Source: a virus
Taxonomy: Duplodnaviria; Caudoviricetes
DNA: 64,000 nucleotides
Reading direction: 5' to 3' (one strand)
Virus record (IMG/VR): IMGVR_UViG_3300027983_002388
Shown here: piece by piece, positions 29,353 through 39,266 of the stretch
Layout: each line of letters starts with the position of its first letter
Numbering within the stretch: position 1 is the stretch's first letter
The notes under the pieces: generated by a model
Told to the model about the DNA's origin: nothing
The model's input: only the letters and a program-made list of their open reading frames with translations
Databases searched by the model: none
Translations under genes and position numbers: made by a program

Positions 29353-29356
29353 GACT

Positions 29357-31720
29357 ATGGCGATTCTACAGGGGTTCCCGCCTTCTAACACTATTAGCCC
29401 AAGTGTTAGAATCACTGAGAAAGACTTGAGCTACATTGCTCCTGACCAGTCCTTCCACCGTGCGGGCTTGGTCGGTTTTGCATCTAAGGGTCCGATAAAT
29501 TTACCGACTCTAATTGCAACAAACCGTCAATTGCACGTTACATTTGGCAATCCGCACCCGGACGTTGGCGATCCATTCCTCATTTACGCAGCCGAGCAAT
29601 ATTTGCTTGTTGCCAATGAGCTATTCGTCGTTCGAGTTGCTGATACTGATCCAGTTAGCGACGAGCAGGCATCATCAGCTACGGTTGATGTCCCTGCTGC
29701 CGGTACATTGGTGAAGATTGAATCAGCTTACACCGGGGCTGGCGGGTCATATACGTTTGACGTAGACTCATTCTTCCGTTGGAGACTGAATGGTAATCTA
29801 TCTGCCAAGACACTGGTTGTGTTGGCAGGAACTTACCTAGTTCAAGAAGTTGTTGACGACTTGAATGCACAACTCGACTTTGAGAACGATGGAATTCAGT
29901 TGTACAAGACTGGAACCGGCACAATTGGTGTAAAAACTACTTGGGCATACGGTCCTGACGCTTCATTAGAATTGGTTTCTGTTCAGAATTCCATCTATGG
30001 CAATACCGTTTTGAATGGAAATCCAACTGGACTTGGAACTGGTATGACTCAGGCGACGGTCACTGGCACAACCGCCATGTACCCGAACGTAGGCTATCAG
30101 ACTCCTGGCACCTATGACTTCACAGGTTTGACTGGTCTAAATATTCAAATCGTCTTAGACGGCACAGACAATGTGTTGATCGACGGTATTGTTCAAGTAA
30201 TTGACCTATCTGCTCTCGAAGGCTCCTCAAATGTTATTGCAGACGTTATCACTGCAATCAATGCAGAAAAAATAGAGAATGGTGGAACACTCCCAGGTGG
30301 ATGGACGGCTGTAGCTGTTGGAAACAACGTACAGTTCAACACCAATCACGCTGGAAACGACGCTCGTCTTCGTATTAAGCCAGACAGCACAGCAGAAGCA
30401 TTATTCGGACTCAACACATCCACACACGCTGGCGATAGCCCAGAAGGTGTCACTGGTGCGGTCGGTATCGCAACATACGGTATCGTAACTGGTGCTGTGA
30501 ACAACAGCGGCAGCATCTCGTTCACCATCAATGCTGACAGTCCTGGCATCGAAGGCAATCAGACACAAGTAAGAATCACAAACGACGTTCGTGAAGACCA
30601 CTTCATTATCGAAGTCTTCAATAACGGCGTATCGGTAGAAGCATGGGGCAACTTGACAAAGAACCAGACAAGTCGGTTCTATGTTGAAACCTACATGGCT
30701 TTGGTTTCGGACTTTATCCGAATCAATGACAACACTAGCGAAGGTGCTGGTCCTTTGGACGGTACTTATGGCCTATTAGGTGGATCAGACGGTATTCCTT
30801 CTGATCCAGATGCTCAAGACGCTTTGATTATTGGCAATCAGATTGGCTACACCGGCATGTATACCATGTCCGAGCCAGAACAGATTGACATTGACCTCAT
30901 CGCTGCTCCTGGTCACTCCAGCACTAGCGTTGTAACAGCCCTGTTGGACTTCTGCCAGAACACCCGCATGGACTGCTTGGCGATCATCGATCCTCCATTC
31001 GGTCTGACGGTTGGCGAAATTGTAGCATGGCAAAACGGAACTCACCCATTGAACCTCACACGTTTTGACTCGGACTTCGGTGCTTTGTACTGGCCTTGGG
31101 TTAAGATTCGTGACAACTTCAACCGGGTTGACGTATGGGTGCCACCTAGCGGTTCAATTATGGCAGTTATCGCTCGAAGCGATTTCTTGTCTGCTCCTTG
31201 GTTTGCTCCGGCTGGGGCGAACCGTGGTGTCGTTCCGGCGATCACCGACGTTTACAACCGTCCGACGCTTGCCGAGCGTGACTTGATGTATGGAAACCGT
31301 AACTGCATCAATCCAATCGTTCACTTCAATGATGTTGATGGCTTCTTGGTTTGGGGTCAAAAGACTCTGCAACGCCGACCAACAGCTTTGGATCGTGTTA
31401 ACGTGCGTCGATTGATGTTTTACCTAGAGAAGCGAATTCGCTCTGCGAGCCGTCAGCTTCTATTCGATCCAAACGACGAGACGTTCCAGCGCAAGTTTGT
31501 AAGCATCGCTTCGCAGATTTTGCGTGAGGTTCAGGTAGGTCGGGGCGTTACCGACTTCATCATCAAGGCCGACGCTGAATTGAACACTCCTGATGTAATC
31601 GACCGTAATGAGTTCCGGGCGCAGATTGGCGTACAGCCAACGAGAGCCGCTGAATTCATCTTCATCGAGTTCTCGATTCACAGAACGGGTAGCTTCACAG
31701 AGAACGCAGATACCTTCTAA
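29357..31720 (+). CDS. Contractile tail sheath protein (gp18-like)
   Basis: SPSVRITEKD, GFASKGP, VWVPPSG, WFAPAG.NRG, WGQKTL, DRVNVRRL, AEFI. Confidence 0.93.
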   Translation: MAILQGFPPSNTISPSVRITEKDLSYIAPDQSFHRAGLVGFASKGPINLPTLIATNRQLHVTFGNPHPDVGDPFLIYAAEQYLLVANELFVVRVADTDPVSDEQASSATVDVPAAGTLVKIESAYTGAGGSYTFDVDSFFRWRLNGNLSAKTLVVLAGTYLVQEVVDDLNAQLDFENDGIQLYKTGTGTIGVKTTWAYGPDASLELVSVQNSIYGNTVLNGNPTGLGTGMTQATVTGTTAMYPNVGYQTPGTYDFTGLTGLNIQIVLDGTDNVLIDGIVQVIDLSALEGSSNVIADVITAINAEKIENGGTLPGGWTAVAVGNNVQFNTNHAGNDARLRIKPDSTAEALFGLNTSTHAGDSPEGVTGAVGIATYGIVTGAVNNSGSISFTINADSPGIEGNQTQVRITNDVREDHFIIEVFNNGVSVEAWGNLTKNQTSRFYVETYMALVSDFIRINDNTSEGAGPLDGTYGLLGGSDGIPSDPDAQDALIIGNQIGYTGMYTMSEPEQIDIDLIAAPGHSSTSVVTALLDFCQNTRMDCLAIIDPPFGLTVGEIVAWQNGTHPLNLTRFDSDFGALYWPWVKIRDNFNRVDVWVPPSGSIMAVIARSDFLSAPWFAPAGANRGVVPAITDVYNRPTLAERDLMYGNRNCINPIVHFNDVDGFLVWGQKTLQRRPTALDRVNVRRLMFYLEKRIRSASRQLLFDPNDETFQRKFVSIASQILREVQVGRGVTDFIIKADAELNTPDVIDRNEFRAQIGVQPTRAAEFIFIEFSIHRTGSFTENADTF

Positions 31721-31761
31721 CAAACTGGCTCATATAGAGAGTAGACCACAAGGAGATAATT

Positions 31762-32352
31762 ATGGCAAGATCAGGTTCGGGACGTGATATGGGATTGGGC
31801 CAATTGGCCGGTCCCGATTTAGTCTTCAAAAGAAAATATAGATGGACATTTGAAGTCCAGCCGTATTGCGGATATGTGATTCCTGCTCACTTCGTAAAGT
31901 TGGCTTCACGGCCTAACCTAACGATTGAAGAGACGGAAATCAACTTCTTGCACGGCAAGATGTGGATTCCAGGAAAGGGTTCTTGGGAAACCATTACTGT
32001 TACCTACTATGACATTGGTAACGGCGGTAATGGAATCACAGGTTTGTTCAGTTGGCTCGCAACGAACTACAACTTCACCGATCCAATCGGTTTGCACCAG
32101 TCCTCGAAGAGAGGAGCCGGTCCAGGCTCAAAGGGTTATTCCGCAGACGGTACACTGATGCTGTTTGATGGTTGCGGTGTTGCTATGGAACAATGGAACC
32201 TAAGTCATATGTGGCCACAGGCGATTAACTTTGGCGAACTGGACTATTCTTCCTCAGAAGAAGTAACAGTTGAATTGACGCTTCGCTACAGCGAAGTGGA
32301 GTACATCCCACTTTGCGGTGGCCGCATCAATCCTTGCTGTGCAGGTTGCTAA
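31762..32352 (+). CDS. Tail tube protein 1 (gp19-like)
   Basis: RPNLTIEE, GKGSWETITVTYYD, WPQAINFGELDYS; follows sheath. Confidence 0.85.
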   Translation: MARSGSGRDMGLGQLAGPDLVFKRKYRWTFEVQPYCGYVIPAHFVKLASRPNLTIEETEINFLHGKMWIPGKGSWETITVTYYDIGNGGNGITGLFSWLATNYNFTDPIGLHQSSKRGAGPGSKGYSADGTLMLFDGCGVAMEQWNLSHMWPQAINFGELDYSSSEEVTVELTLRYSEVEYIPLCGGRINPCCAGC

Positions 32353-32379
32353 TTACCCTACAAAAAATAAGATAAACCC

Positions 32380-32523
32380 ATGCCAAGATCAGGTAATGGT
32401 CAGGATGTGGGGTTTGGACATCTTGCGGACGCAGACCTTGTATTCAAACGCAAATTTCGATGGGCGTTTGAGGTACAAGGTCTTGTCCGTAGGGATGTGC
32501 CATCTCATTGGGTGTCTTTCTGA
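32380..32523 (+). pseudogene. Truncated third tail-tube paralog (47 aa)
   Basis: MPRSGNGQDVGFGHLADADLVFKRKFRWAFEVQ aligns with the N-terminus of tube 1, then stops. Confidence 0.8.
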
Positions 32524-32531
32524 GGTAAATT

Positions 32532-33059
32532 ATGCCAAGCACTGGTAATGGAAGAAACATGGGGTTCGACTTTGGGTTAGAAGACCCAAATGCTTGCTTC
32601 AAAAGAAAAAATCGTTGGTTGTTCAAAATTGAAGACGTGAGTGCAGATGGAGTAAGTTCTTTGCCTCCATCTAAAGCTGCACGTCCTTCATTGTCCTTTA
32701 AGGAAATAGAAGTTCAACACTTGAACGAAACAGTGTATTATCCAGGCAAACCTGAATGGAAACCCATCACACTGACTTTGTACGATCTGAAGAAAAACTC
32801 TCTGAATCCTGTGTTCGAGTGGCTTTCCGAGCTTTATGATCCTCGATCCAAAAGCAAATACCGTCCATCCTGTAATGGATTCAAAAAGCGAAAGGCCACG
32901 TTAGAACTTTACGATGGATGCGGAACAAAGATTGAGACTTGGATTTTTGAGACGGTTTGGCCACAGGCAGTAGAGTTTGGCGACCTAGATATGTCCACCA
33001 GCGAACTAATTACTTGTGAATTAACCCTTAGATACGACAGAGCGTATATCGAAAATTAG
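32532..33059 (+). CDS. Tail tube protein 2 (gp19-like)
   Basis: RPSLSFKE, PGKPEWKPITLTLYD, WPQAVEFGDLD. Confidence 0.8.
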   Translation: MPSTGNGRNMGFDFGLEDPNACFKRKNRWLFKIEDVSADGVSSLPPSKAARPSLSFKEIEVQHLNETVYYPGKPEWKPITLTLYDLKKNSLNPVFEWLSELYDPRSKSKYRPSCNGFKKRKATLELYDGCGTKIETWIFETVWPQAVEFGDLDMSTSELITCELTLRYDRAYIEN

Positions 33060-33334
33060 TCTTCGCTATTTTCTTCTTCTTCCTCTTCAAGTTCTTCGCT
33101 CATTTCTTTTTTCAAGAGTTCTTGACAGGCTTTTATTGAGTCTTCAAGCTCTTTAGGTTTACATTTAAGAACCCGGCAGGCTCCACTTTTGTTGAGTCTG
33201 CCTTTTTTTGTGTATACTTTTCCGTCATTTAGTAGAAACGCATCAACAAGATTGCCATAACCACTGTCGATCAGCTTTTGAATCAATTCTTGATTTTCAA
33301 GCTGGTCGAATGAATTACTGTTATAATTTGCCAT
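33056..33334 (-). CDS. Small hypothetical protein with acidic tail
   Basis: SD GAGGA; next to the late sigma gene. Confidence 0.6.
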   Translation of the reverse strand: MANYNSNSFDQLENQELIQKLIDSGYGNLVDAFLLNDGKVYTKKGRLNKSGACRVLKCKPKELEDSIKACQELLKKEMSEELEEEEEENSED

Positions 33335-33350
33335 ATTCCTCACAACCAAG

Positions 33351-33383
33351 AAAAAAAGACCAGGGCAGTATTTACCCTGGTCT
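33351..33383 (-). terminator. Intrinsic terminator
   Basis: agaccaggg/ccctggtct stem with A7 run on the plus strand. Confidence 0.6.
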
Positions 33384-33416
33384 GCCTAAATAATTCTAGG
33401 TCTTTACAACCACGAA

Positions 33417-33968
33417 TCAATAGTCGTTGGCAAGATTATGCCTTTTGTATATACTTTTTGCCTTCGATGCTGGTAGTTGTTGGTCCATTTGTATCTGCAA
33501 GAAATCAAGATACTTACGCTTTAGCTCATTGTAGTTTCTGGCAGTTCTGTACAGTTGTCGGAAGTGGTTTAATATGCAGGTAGTCATATAGTTGAATGCC
33601 TTACCCTTATTAGGGTCAAAGCGATCAATCTTCTCGAAACAAATCATGACGCCTTCTTGCACTGCGTCGTCTTGGTCAATAAGATTGAACTTTGCGTAAC
33701 GTACAATATTCTGTGATAGCTTATAAAACGCTATTGCCAATTCATCCTGTACCTGAGAAAACTCAAAAGCTACAACGTGATAGGTTTTTTCAATAGTAAC
33801 CCATGCGGCAGGCTTCTGGTACTTACCACGCTTCGCCGTTCTTTGTTCGGTTGCGGCAATGTCATCCATGAACATCTGGTATTTGGTACGTTCTTTCTTG
33901 GCTTGTTGGAATTTCACAATCAGACTCTCGAACGTCTTATTGTTTAGATATTCTGTTGTTGCCATCAA
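33417..33968 (-). CDS. Late-transcription sigma factor, T4 gp55-like
   Basis: YLNNK start, DDAVQEGVMICFEKIDRFDPNKG.AFNYMT..I.N.F region-2 pattern. Confidence 0.75.
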   Translation of the reverse strand: MMATTEYLNNKTFESLIVKFQQAKKERTKYQMFMDDIAATEQRTAKRGKYQKPAAWVTIEKTYHVVAFEFSQVQDELAIAFYKLSQNIVRYAKFNLIDQDDAVQEGVMICFEKIDRFDPNKGKAFNYMTTCILNHFRQLYRTARNYNELKRKYLDFLQIQMDQQLPASKAKSIYKRHNLANDY

Positions 33969-34034
33969 GCTCCTTGAGGCCCCGCAAGGGGTCCGTGATA
34001 AAGAAATTGGGGTATCTATATACTGCGCCTAGTA

Positions 34035-34883
34035 TCATTTCTCGCTCGCTTGCTCCCAACTTCTCAGTCTTTCAAGAGCTTCAATCTTGGCATCCTCATA
34101 CCATTTATTGACAATCTCGTAGTAATCTGGGCTGTATAATTTGCCTGATGTAAAACTACGAAGATGGTCTATGTTTTCGTCTTTCTTTCTTTCAAAGTTC
34201 TTTTCGCTACCAATCAAATGTGGTTTGATCTTAAACGATCTCAAGATGTAATTGCCCAATATCTCCGTGTCCGGCCATTGAGGACGAGTGACATTGGGCC
34301 TGTAGTCGTGAATGTTATAATAGTTACATAATCTTCTCATGCTCCAACCAAATCCAATTCGGTCCATAGTAGGCATGTGATACATGCTGGCCGTGTGTGA
34401 AACCATTCCGTGCCAATCAGCATGACATCGAGGGCTTATCTCGTATCCGACAACAGAAGATTTGCTTGGACATAAAGTTGTGAGATGTTCTACAAAATCA
34501 CGCCGACGTAAAAATACATCGGCGTGAGTGGCAAATAAAAGTTCGGTGCGGCACAAGCTAAAAGCCATATCCATTGCCATAGCTGGGAAGTCAGAGGGGT
34601 GCAACACACCATTTAACCGGATGGCGTGTACTTCCACATCTTCGTCACGAAGAGTCTCTATTTGAGCATATTGCTCTGGCGAGCTTCCGGTGTCGATAAT
34701 CAATACATATGGTCGTTCAGATTGCATTTGCAATAAGCGTACACATATTTCTAGTTGTTCATAGGTATCAAGAACCGGCACTACTGCGGTTACACGATAC
34801 TGCCAGGGTTTCTTAGTACAGTTGCCCTCCCAAGGTTGTTGCCATTGGGGAACATTTCTAAGAGGGGCCAAATCCTTTTTCAC
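34035..34883 (-). CDS. GT2-like glycosyltransferase
   Basis: TAVVPV, IIDTGS, ATHADV. Confidence 0.7.
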   Translation of the reverse strand: MKKDLAPLRNVPQWQQPWEGNCTKKPWQYRVTAVVPVLDTYEQLEICVRLLQMQSERPYVLIIDTGSSPEQYAQIETLRDEDVEVHAIRLNGVLHPSDFPAMAMDMAFSLCRTELLFATHADVFLRRRDFVEHLTTLCPSKSSVVGYEISPRCHADWHGMVSHTASMYHMPTMDRIGFGWSMRRLCNYYNIHDYRPNVTRPQWPDTEILGNYILRSFKIKPHLIGSEKNFERKKDENIDHLRSFTSGKLYSPDYYEIVNKWYEDAKIEALERLRSWEQASEK

Positions 34884-34904
34884 TTGTGTCGCTCTATTTC
34901 ATTT

Positions 34905-35111
34905 ATGGAAATCTATCAGATACTACTTGCCATATTGGACAAACCCAATGTGCCGAAGTTCTATCGTGAACTTCGGAATCACTACCAAACCGCTGGTATG
35001 CTACATGAGGTATCTGCCATCAGTCACTTAATAGAGAATAAGTTCGAGAAAAAAGATGTCAGTACCCTTGACGATTCACTTGATAATCAAGAACAACGAG
35101 GAAACAGTTGA
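34905..35111 (+). CDS. Small hypothetical protein
   Basis: ATG 34905; overlaps the start of the next gene. Confidence 0.45.
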   Translation: MEIYQILLAILDKPNVPKFYRELRNHYQTAGMLHEVSAISHLIENKFEKKDVSTLDDSLDNQEQRGNS

Positions 35112-36042
35112 GCATACTCTGGAGTCTTTGCTGCCGCTGAACGCTCACATCTTGGTTGGCGATCTAGGGTGTAAAGATGAAACTGTAAGTAAATGCAAAC
35201 AGTACGGGGCAACCGTAGAACGTATTTCTTTGAATAATGATCTATCGCAGGCAAGAAATCATTTGTTGAAGTTTTCAGACTCCAAATGGAACTTACACAT
35301 CGAACCGTGGGAAACCATCTTGGGTGGACACGAAATAATCCAACAAGCGATAGTAGGGACTCAAACAGCCTACAAAATGAGCATTATTCAAGGAGATGTG
35401 ATAACCAAGCAAATCAGACTTTGGCACAAAAGCACAGAACTAAAGTTTAAGAATCCGGTATTTGAAACACTGAATTACAACGACGCAAAAGACCTTTCGG
35501 CCTACATTGCTGTGGGTCCAAACAATAATTCAATTCTGTATTTAGAGCTTGTCGAGAAGTGGCGAGATCGTTGCCCTTTGGCTAATGAACCCATTTATTA
35601 TACTGCCTGCTCTCATTTAAGTGGGAAGAATTGGGATGCGTTTTTGAATTGGGCAGGCTTGTATTTACATCAAGAAAAATCTGATTCAATGTCAGTTTAT
35701 ATGACGCACTATTATTGCTCGATGGTCAATTGTTACATTAAAAAAGATTACCAACACGCAATACAATCGCTTTTGCCTTGTCTGGCAAAAAAGCCGACGA
35801 TGGCAGAGTTTTGGTGCTTGTTGGGCGATGCCTACTATGCCATTAAGGACTATGATAAAGCAAAGGCTTTTTATGAAAACGCCATTATTTTAGGGAGCAA
35901 GCGACTTAAAGATGATGGATGGCCATTAGAAATATCCAAATACAAAGAATACCCTCAGAAGATGATTGAGGGCTGCGATAAAATCAAGCAGTCTTTGCGA
36001 TTCTATGGCTCAAGGGCTGCGAATCACAACAATCCCCATTGA
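35056..36042 (+). CDS. GT2-like glycosyltransferase with C-terminal TPR
   Basis: LIIKNNEETV..TLESL, VGDLG..DET; TPR AEFWCLLGDAYY....YDKAKAFYENAI. Confidence 0.75.
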   Translation: MSVPLTIHLIIKNNEETVEHTLESLLPLNAHILVGDLGCKDETVSKCKQYGATVERISLNNDLSQARNHLLKFSDSKWNLHIEPWETILGGHEIIQQAIVGTQTAYKMSIIQGDVITKQIRLWHKSTELKFKNPVFETLNYNDAKDLSAYIAVGPNNNSILYLELVEKWRDRCPLANEPIYYTACSHLSGKNWDAFLNWAGLYLHQEKSDSMSVYMTHYYCSMVNCYIKKDYQHAIQSLLPCLAKKPTMAEFWCLLGDAYYAIKDYDKAKAFYENAIILGSKRLKDDGWPLEISKYKEYPQKMIEGCDKIKQSLRFYGSRAANHNNPH

Positions 36043-36454
36043 TCTTTTCAAGAATGTGACGCTTCAACTCAGACATTTTTTCCAAATGAGGGATAATCAT
36101 TGATGCCTCAATGCTTATGATTCCCGTTATGTCACGAATGGTTCCTTCGATAAACCCTTTGTCTTCATTGAATTTTGCAGTCAAGCTAACCGTTATCTCT
36201 TTGCCATCTTTGCGTTTCATATTGACTTGAAAGTCAGACACTTCACCATGTCGGCGAAGTTCTTCAACAAATTCTTCTCTTTCTTTTGCATCGTAGAGAT
36301 CAATCGCAACGTGTTGTGATAAATCATTGAAATCAGAAAAGCCCAAAATGCCTATGGCAGCTTCATTGGCATCAATGAAATGCCCATCTTCTATATTGGT
36401 TCGCCACAAACCAACGGGTGCTGTTTCGTATAGGTCTTTATATTCGTTACTCAT
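35984..36454 (-). CDS. Stand-alone PAS domain protein
   Basis: YKDLYETAPVGLW...G.FIDANEAA..ILG; RKDG.EITV.L..K..EGTIRDIT. Confidence 0.85.
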   Translation of the reverse strand: MSNEYKDLYETAPVGLWRTNIEDGHFIDANEAAIGILGFSDFNDLSQHVAIDLYDAKEREEFVEELRRHGEVSDFQVNMKRKDGKEITVSLTAKFNEDKGFIEGTIRDITGIISIEASMIIPHLEKMSELKRHILEKINGDCCDSQPLSHRIAKTA

Positions 36455-36478
36455 AATGATCTCCCAAATATATAGTCA

Positions 36479-36859
36479 TCAATATATGACATCTAATTCA
36501 TTTACAACTACCGTAACAGTATCTTCAAACCGGGCAACAGCAAGTTGTTTGCGTCCAGGAGGCAACTTTCTAAGTCGTGCCTCTAGTTCATCAATGTGAC
36601 AGTTTATAACGCTGAAGTTATTGTCGGCCAGCTTTTTGGCCTCTTCTTCTAAATTAGCTACCGATCTATTTGGGTAGTAAGCCTGAAGCTGAGGCTTGGC
36701 GTGCATCATGATTTTTTTATAAATTGGTACATTGCACGCACATCCTGGGTTTTGCAGGTATTTCTGCATATCTTCCAGGAAATCACTAGATAAGCTCTCC
36801 CGGAAGCGCTTGTCCCGTAGGGCCTGTTTCACGTCCATTAGTCCGATTGGTCTGCTCAT
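36479..36859 (-). CDS. Hypothetical protein
   Basis: ORF in a compact minus-strand operon; CAC motif. Confidence 0.6.
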   Translation of the reverse strand: MSRPIGLMDVKQALRDKRFRESLSSDFLEDMQKYLQNPGCACNVPIYKKIMMHAKPQLQAYYPNRSVANLEEEAKKLADNNFSVINCHIDELEARLRKLPPGRKQLAVARFEDTVTVVVNELDVIY

Positions 36860-37133
36860 CTGGTGTTGTCTCCACTAAGGTCAATTTGGTTGCTTTAATC
36901 ACATATCCACAACCCGGACACTTAAACGATTTAGCCCGGTTCATAGAAGGCGGAATAACTACTTTTTTGGTAAAAGGATCAACGAAAGGCGATCCACGAG
37001 GAATAGCAGCCTGCTTGACTTTAACTAAATCCTGGATGTCGTCGCCTTTGGTGATTCTTTTGTAGCCACAGTTGTCACAAAAGAATTGGTATGTTTTAAG
37101 ACTCATGGTTCTCGTCATTTGGCAAATTGACAA
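36786..37133 (-). CDS. Zinc-ribbon protein
   Basis: CDNCG..CPGCG; true start may be downstream. Confidence 0.55.
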   Translation of the reverse strand: MSICQMTRTMSLKTYQFFCDNCGYKRITKGDDIQDLVKVKQAAIPRGSPFVDPFTKKVVIPPSMNRAKSFKCPGCGYVIKATKLTLVETTPDEQTNRTNGRETGPTGQALPGELI

Positions 37134-37434
37134 TAGTTGCCGCTTCGAGCCAGTTTAGGATTACAGCAGCAAAATTTGCCAAAAATCCTCCTGCACACCC
37201 GCAAGCGAAAATCTGAAGTGGATTTTGTGAAATCCATATTGCGCCCATCAAGAAACCGCACCATGTACCACAGCACAAGTAGCAGTCTACGACACCGCCC
37301 ATGCTAGGCAGTCCAATCTTGGCTGTAATCGACTTCACAAGTTTTCGGAACCATTCCATAATGGACCCATCAACTATTATGTGACTTAACCCAATACTGG
37401 ACAAAGCGAACAAAATCAAAGTTTCAATATTCAT
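37096..37434 (-). CDS. Small membrane protein, DUF1360-like
   Basis: Hydrophobic helices with CYLCCGTW. Confidence 0.55.
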   Translation of the reverse strand: MNIETLILFALSSIGLSHIIVDGSIMEWFRKLVKSITAKIGLPSMGGVVDCYLCCGTWCGFLMGAIWISQNPLQIFACGCAGGFLANFAAVILNWLEAATIVNLPNDENHES

Positions 37435-37466
37435 AGATTCCCTTTATTTATGTTTTGAAGAAAAAA

Positions 37467-37826
37467 TCACCGCCAAAATGTGACGTGGATTCTATCTTTA
37501 TCTGTGTGGATACAAAAATCTCTGTAGCCAGTGAACTTACAAAGCTCATCAACTTCACCGATTTGCCAATCACAACAGGCGGTTAGCCGGTGGTCAATTT
37601 TATCCACTAGAATTGTATCTGAGAAATACTCTTCTAGTTTGCGAATACGAATTTCGTCAAGCGAGTTGAGTAGTTCCAATACACTGCGTTGACCAAGAGT
37701 TTTCATTCCTGGAATGCGTTGACCCAACTGCCATTGGTCAAAAAAATGGCGAAATTCGGGGAACAAGGCGTGTGCCTTTTTGTCGAAGAAAATTAGTTCC
37801 TCGATATTTTGCAGATTTATTTCCAT
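37467..37826 (-). CDS. Hypothetical protein
   Basis: 119-aa ORF. Confidence 0.55.
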   Translation of the reverse strand: MEINLQNIEELIFFDKKAHALFPEFRHFFDQWQLGQRIPGMKTLGQRSVLELLNSLDEIRIRKLEEYFSDTILVDKIDHRLTACCDWQIGEVDELCKFTGYRDFCIHTDKDRIHVTFWR

Positions 37827-37887
37827 GACACTATGTTAACCCCAAGATGATGAACTTGCTATAAGCTAGTAATCCAAGGAGACAAAT

Positions 37888-39066
37888 ATGGCTGATGATA
37901 CTTTTCGTCCAAGACGACCAAACCCGCCAGATGATGAAGATCAGGTAACGGGCGAAGATGAAGGCGGCATGTCCGCTTTGAATATGGCAGAGAAGATGCG
38001 ACAACAGGCGGCTGGAGAGGATAGTCAATCAGATGACAATCCTAAGCTAACTGGCAACTTCAATATTAAGGGGATGGAAAACGCCCCGCCTGAATTCATG
38101 CAAGCACTAAAAGCCGCTCAGGGTGGCCCGCAGCAGAAAGTTCAGCAAGAAACATCCGGTCATGAGCCGAAGCGTGGCTTTGGCCAGATGTCTGGTGGTG
38201 GAGAAGGTCCAGGTTCAGCACCCGCAGCACCAGTCGCCAAGAAGCGTGACGCTGCATCGACAAGCTCAGGCCACTTGAAAGAATTGCTGGAAGGACTGAA
38301 AGGTTCGACCACAATTTATGAAGAGATTGAGTTGCCTTCGAGGGGTCGTTTTTACGACGGCACTGATGGTCCCGCAAACGGAGTTGTTTCTATTCGTCCG
38401 ATGACGGGCGAAGAAGAACAAATTCTGGCAACCCCACGATTCGTTCGTAAGGGACAAGCCATCAACATGATCTTCCAGCGATGCCTCAAGGAACAGTTCC
38501 GTCCCGAACAACTCTTGACCATCGACCGGACCTACATGCTGATTTACCTGCGTGGTATTTCGTATTCACCGAATTACGATGTTGAGGTAAAGTGTCCTGA
38601 ATGTGAAAAGAAGTTCGGAACCACAATTGACCTCAATACGCTATATGTCGAACCGTGTCCTGAAACATATGGGCCACAATTGCAAGATGTATTGCCAACA
38701 ACCAAGCTGCCTTTCTCATATCGGCTTTCAACTGGTCGAGATGAGCAAGAGATCACGGATTACCGTGATCGCCGCATCAAGGCTTTCGGTGACGCCTCTG
38801 CTGACGATACTTTGATCTACAGAACGTCTATGCTGCTTGATGATATCGACGGCTTGACCAATAAGGGCGAACTTCAGATTCTTCTAAAGAATCTACCGAT
38901 CAGCGACGTATCGTATGCACGCAACTGTATCAACGAGCCACCATTTGGCGTTGATACAAATGTAGAAATTGTTTGCCCTAGCTGTCTACAGGACTTTGAA
39001 GTTGATCTTCCACTGGAGGCCAATTTTTTCTTCCCTCGACGGAAGAAAAACAAGACCCAAGCATAG
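37888..39066 (+). CDS. Baseplate hub subunit, T4 gp26-like, with disordered N-terminal extension
   Basis: IELPSRG, IRPMTGEEE.IL, CPEC and CPSC motifs, FFFP end. Confidence 0.8.
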   Translation: MADDTFRPRRPNPPDDEDQVTGEDEGGMSALNMAEKMRQQAAGEDSQSDDNPKLTGNFNIKGMENAPPEFMQALKAAQGGPQQKVQQETSGHEPKRGFGQMSGGGEGPGSAPAAPVAKKRDAASTSSGHLKELLEGLKGSTTIYEEIELPSRGRFYDGTDGPANGVVSIRPMTGEEEQILATPRFVRKGQAINMIFQRCLKEQFRPEQLLTIDRTYMLIYLRGISYSPNYDVEVKCPECEKKFGTTIDLNTLYVEPCPETYGPQLQDVLPTTKLPFSYRLSTGRDEQEITDYRDRRIKAFGDASADDTLIYRTSMLLDDIDGLTNKGELQILLKNLPISDVSYARNCINEPPFGVDTNVEIVCPSCLQDFEVDLPLEANFFFPRRKKNKTQA

Positions 39067-39068
39067 AA

Positions 39069-39263
39069 ATGTGGAAGGGACTAGCGGAAGAAATATTCTT
39101 CTTCCAATATCACTTACACTTAGCTATGTCAGGGTCAATGAGTCTGCCGATCAATCTGCGAAAATGGATGATCGAACGCTTTATCGAGCAAAAAGAAAAA
39201 GAAAACGAGGCAATGGAAGCCTCACGCAGAAAGGCGCAGTCTCAATCAAAGTCAAGGCGATAA
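39069..39263 (+). CDS. Baseplate hub assembly factor, gp51-like
   Basis: Follows gp26-like gene; FFFQYHL..SMSLPINLRKWMIERF. Confidence 0.55.
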   Translation: MWKGLAEEIFFFQYHLHLAMSGSMSLPINLRKWMIERFIEQKEKENEAMEASRRKAQSQSKSRR

Positions 39264-39266
39264 AAA

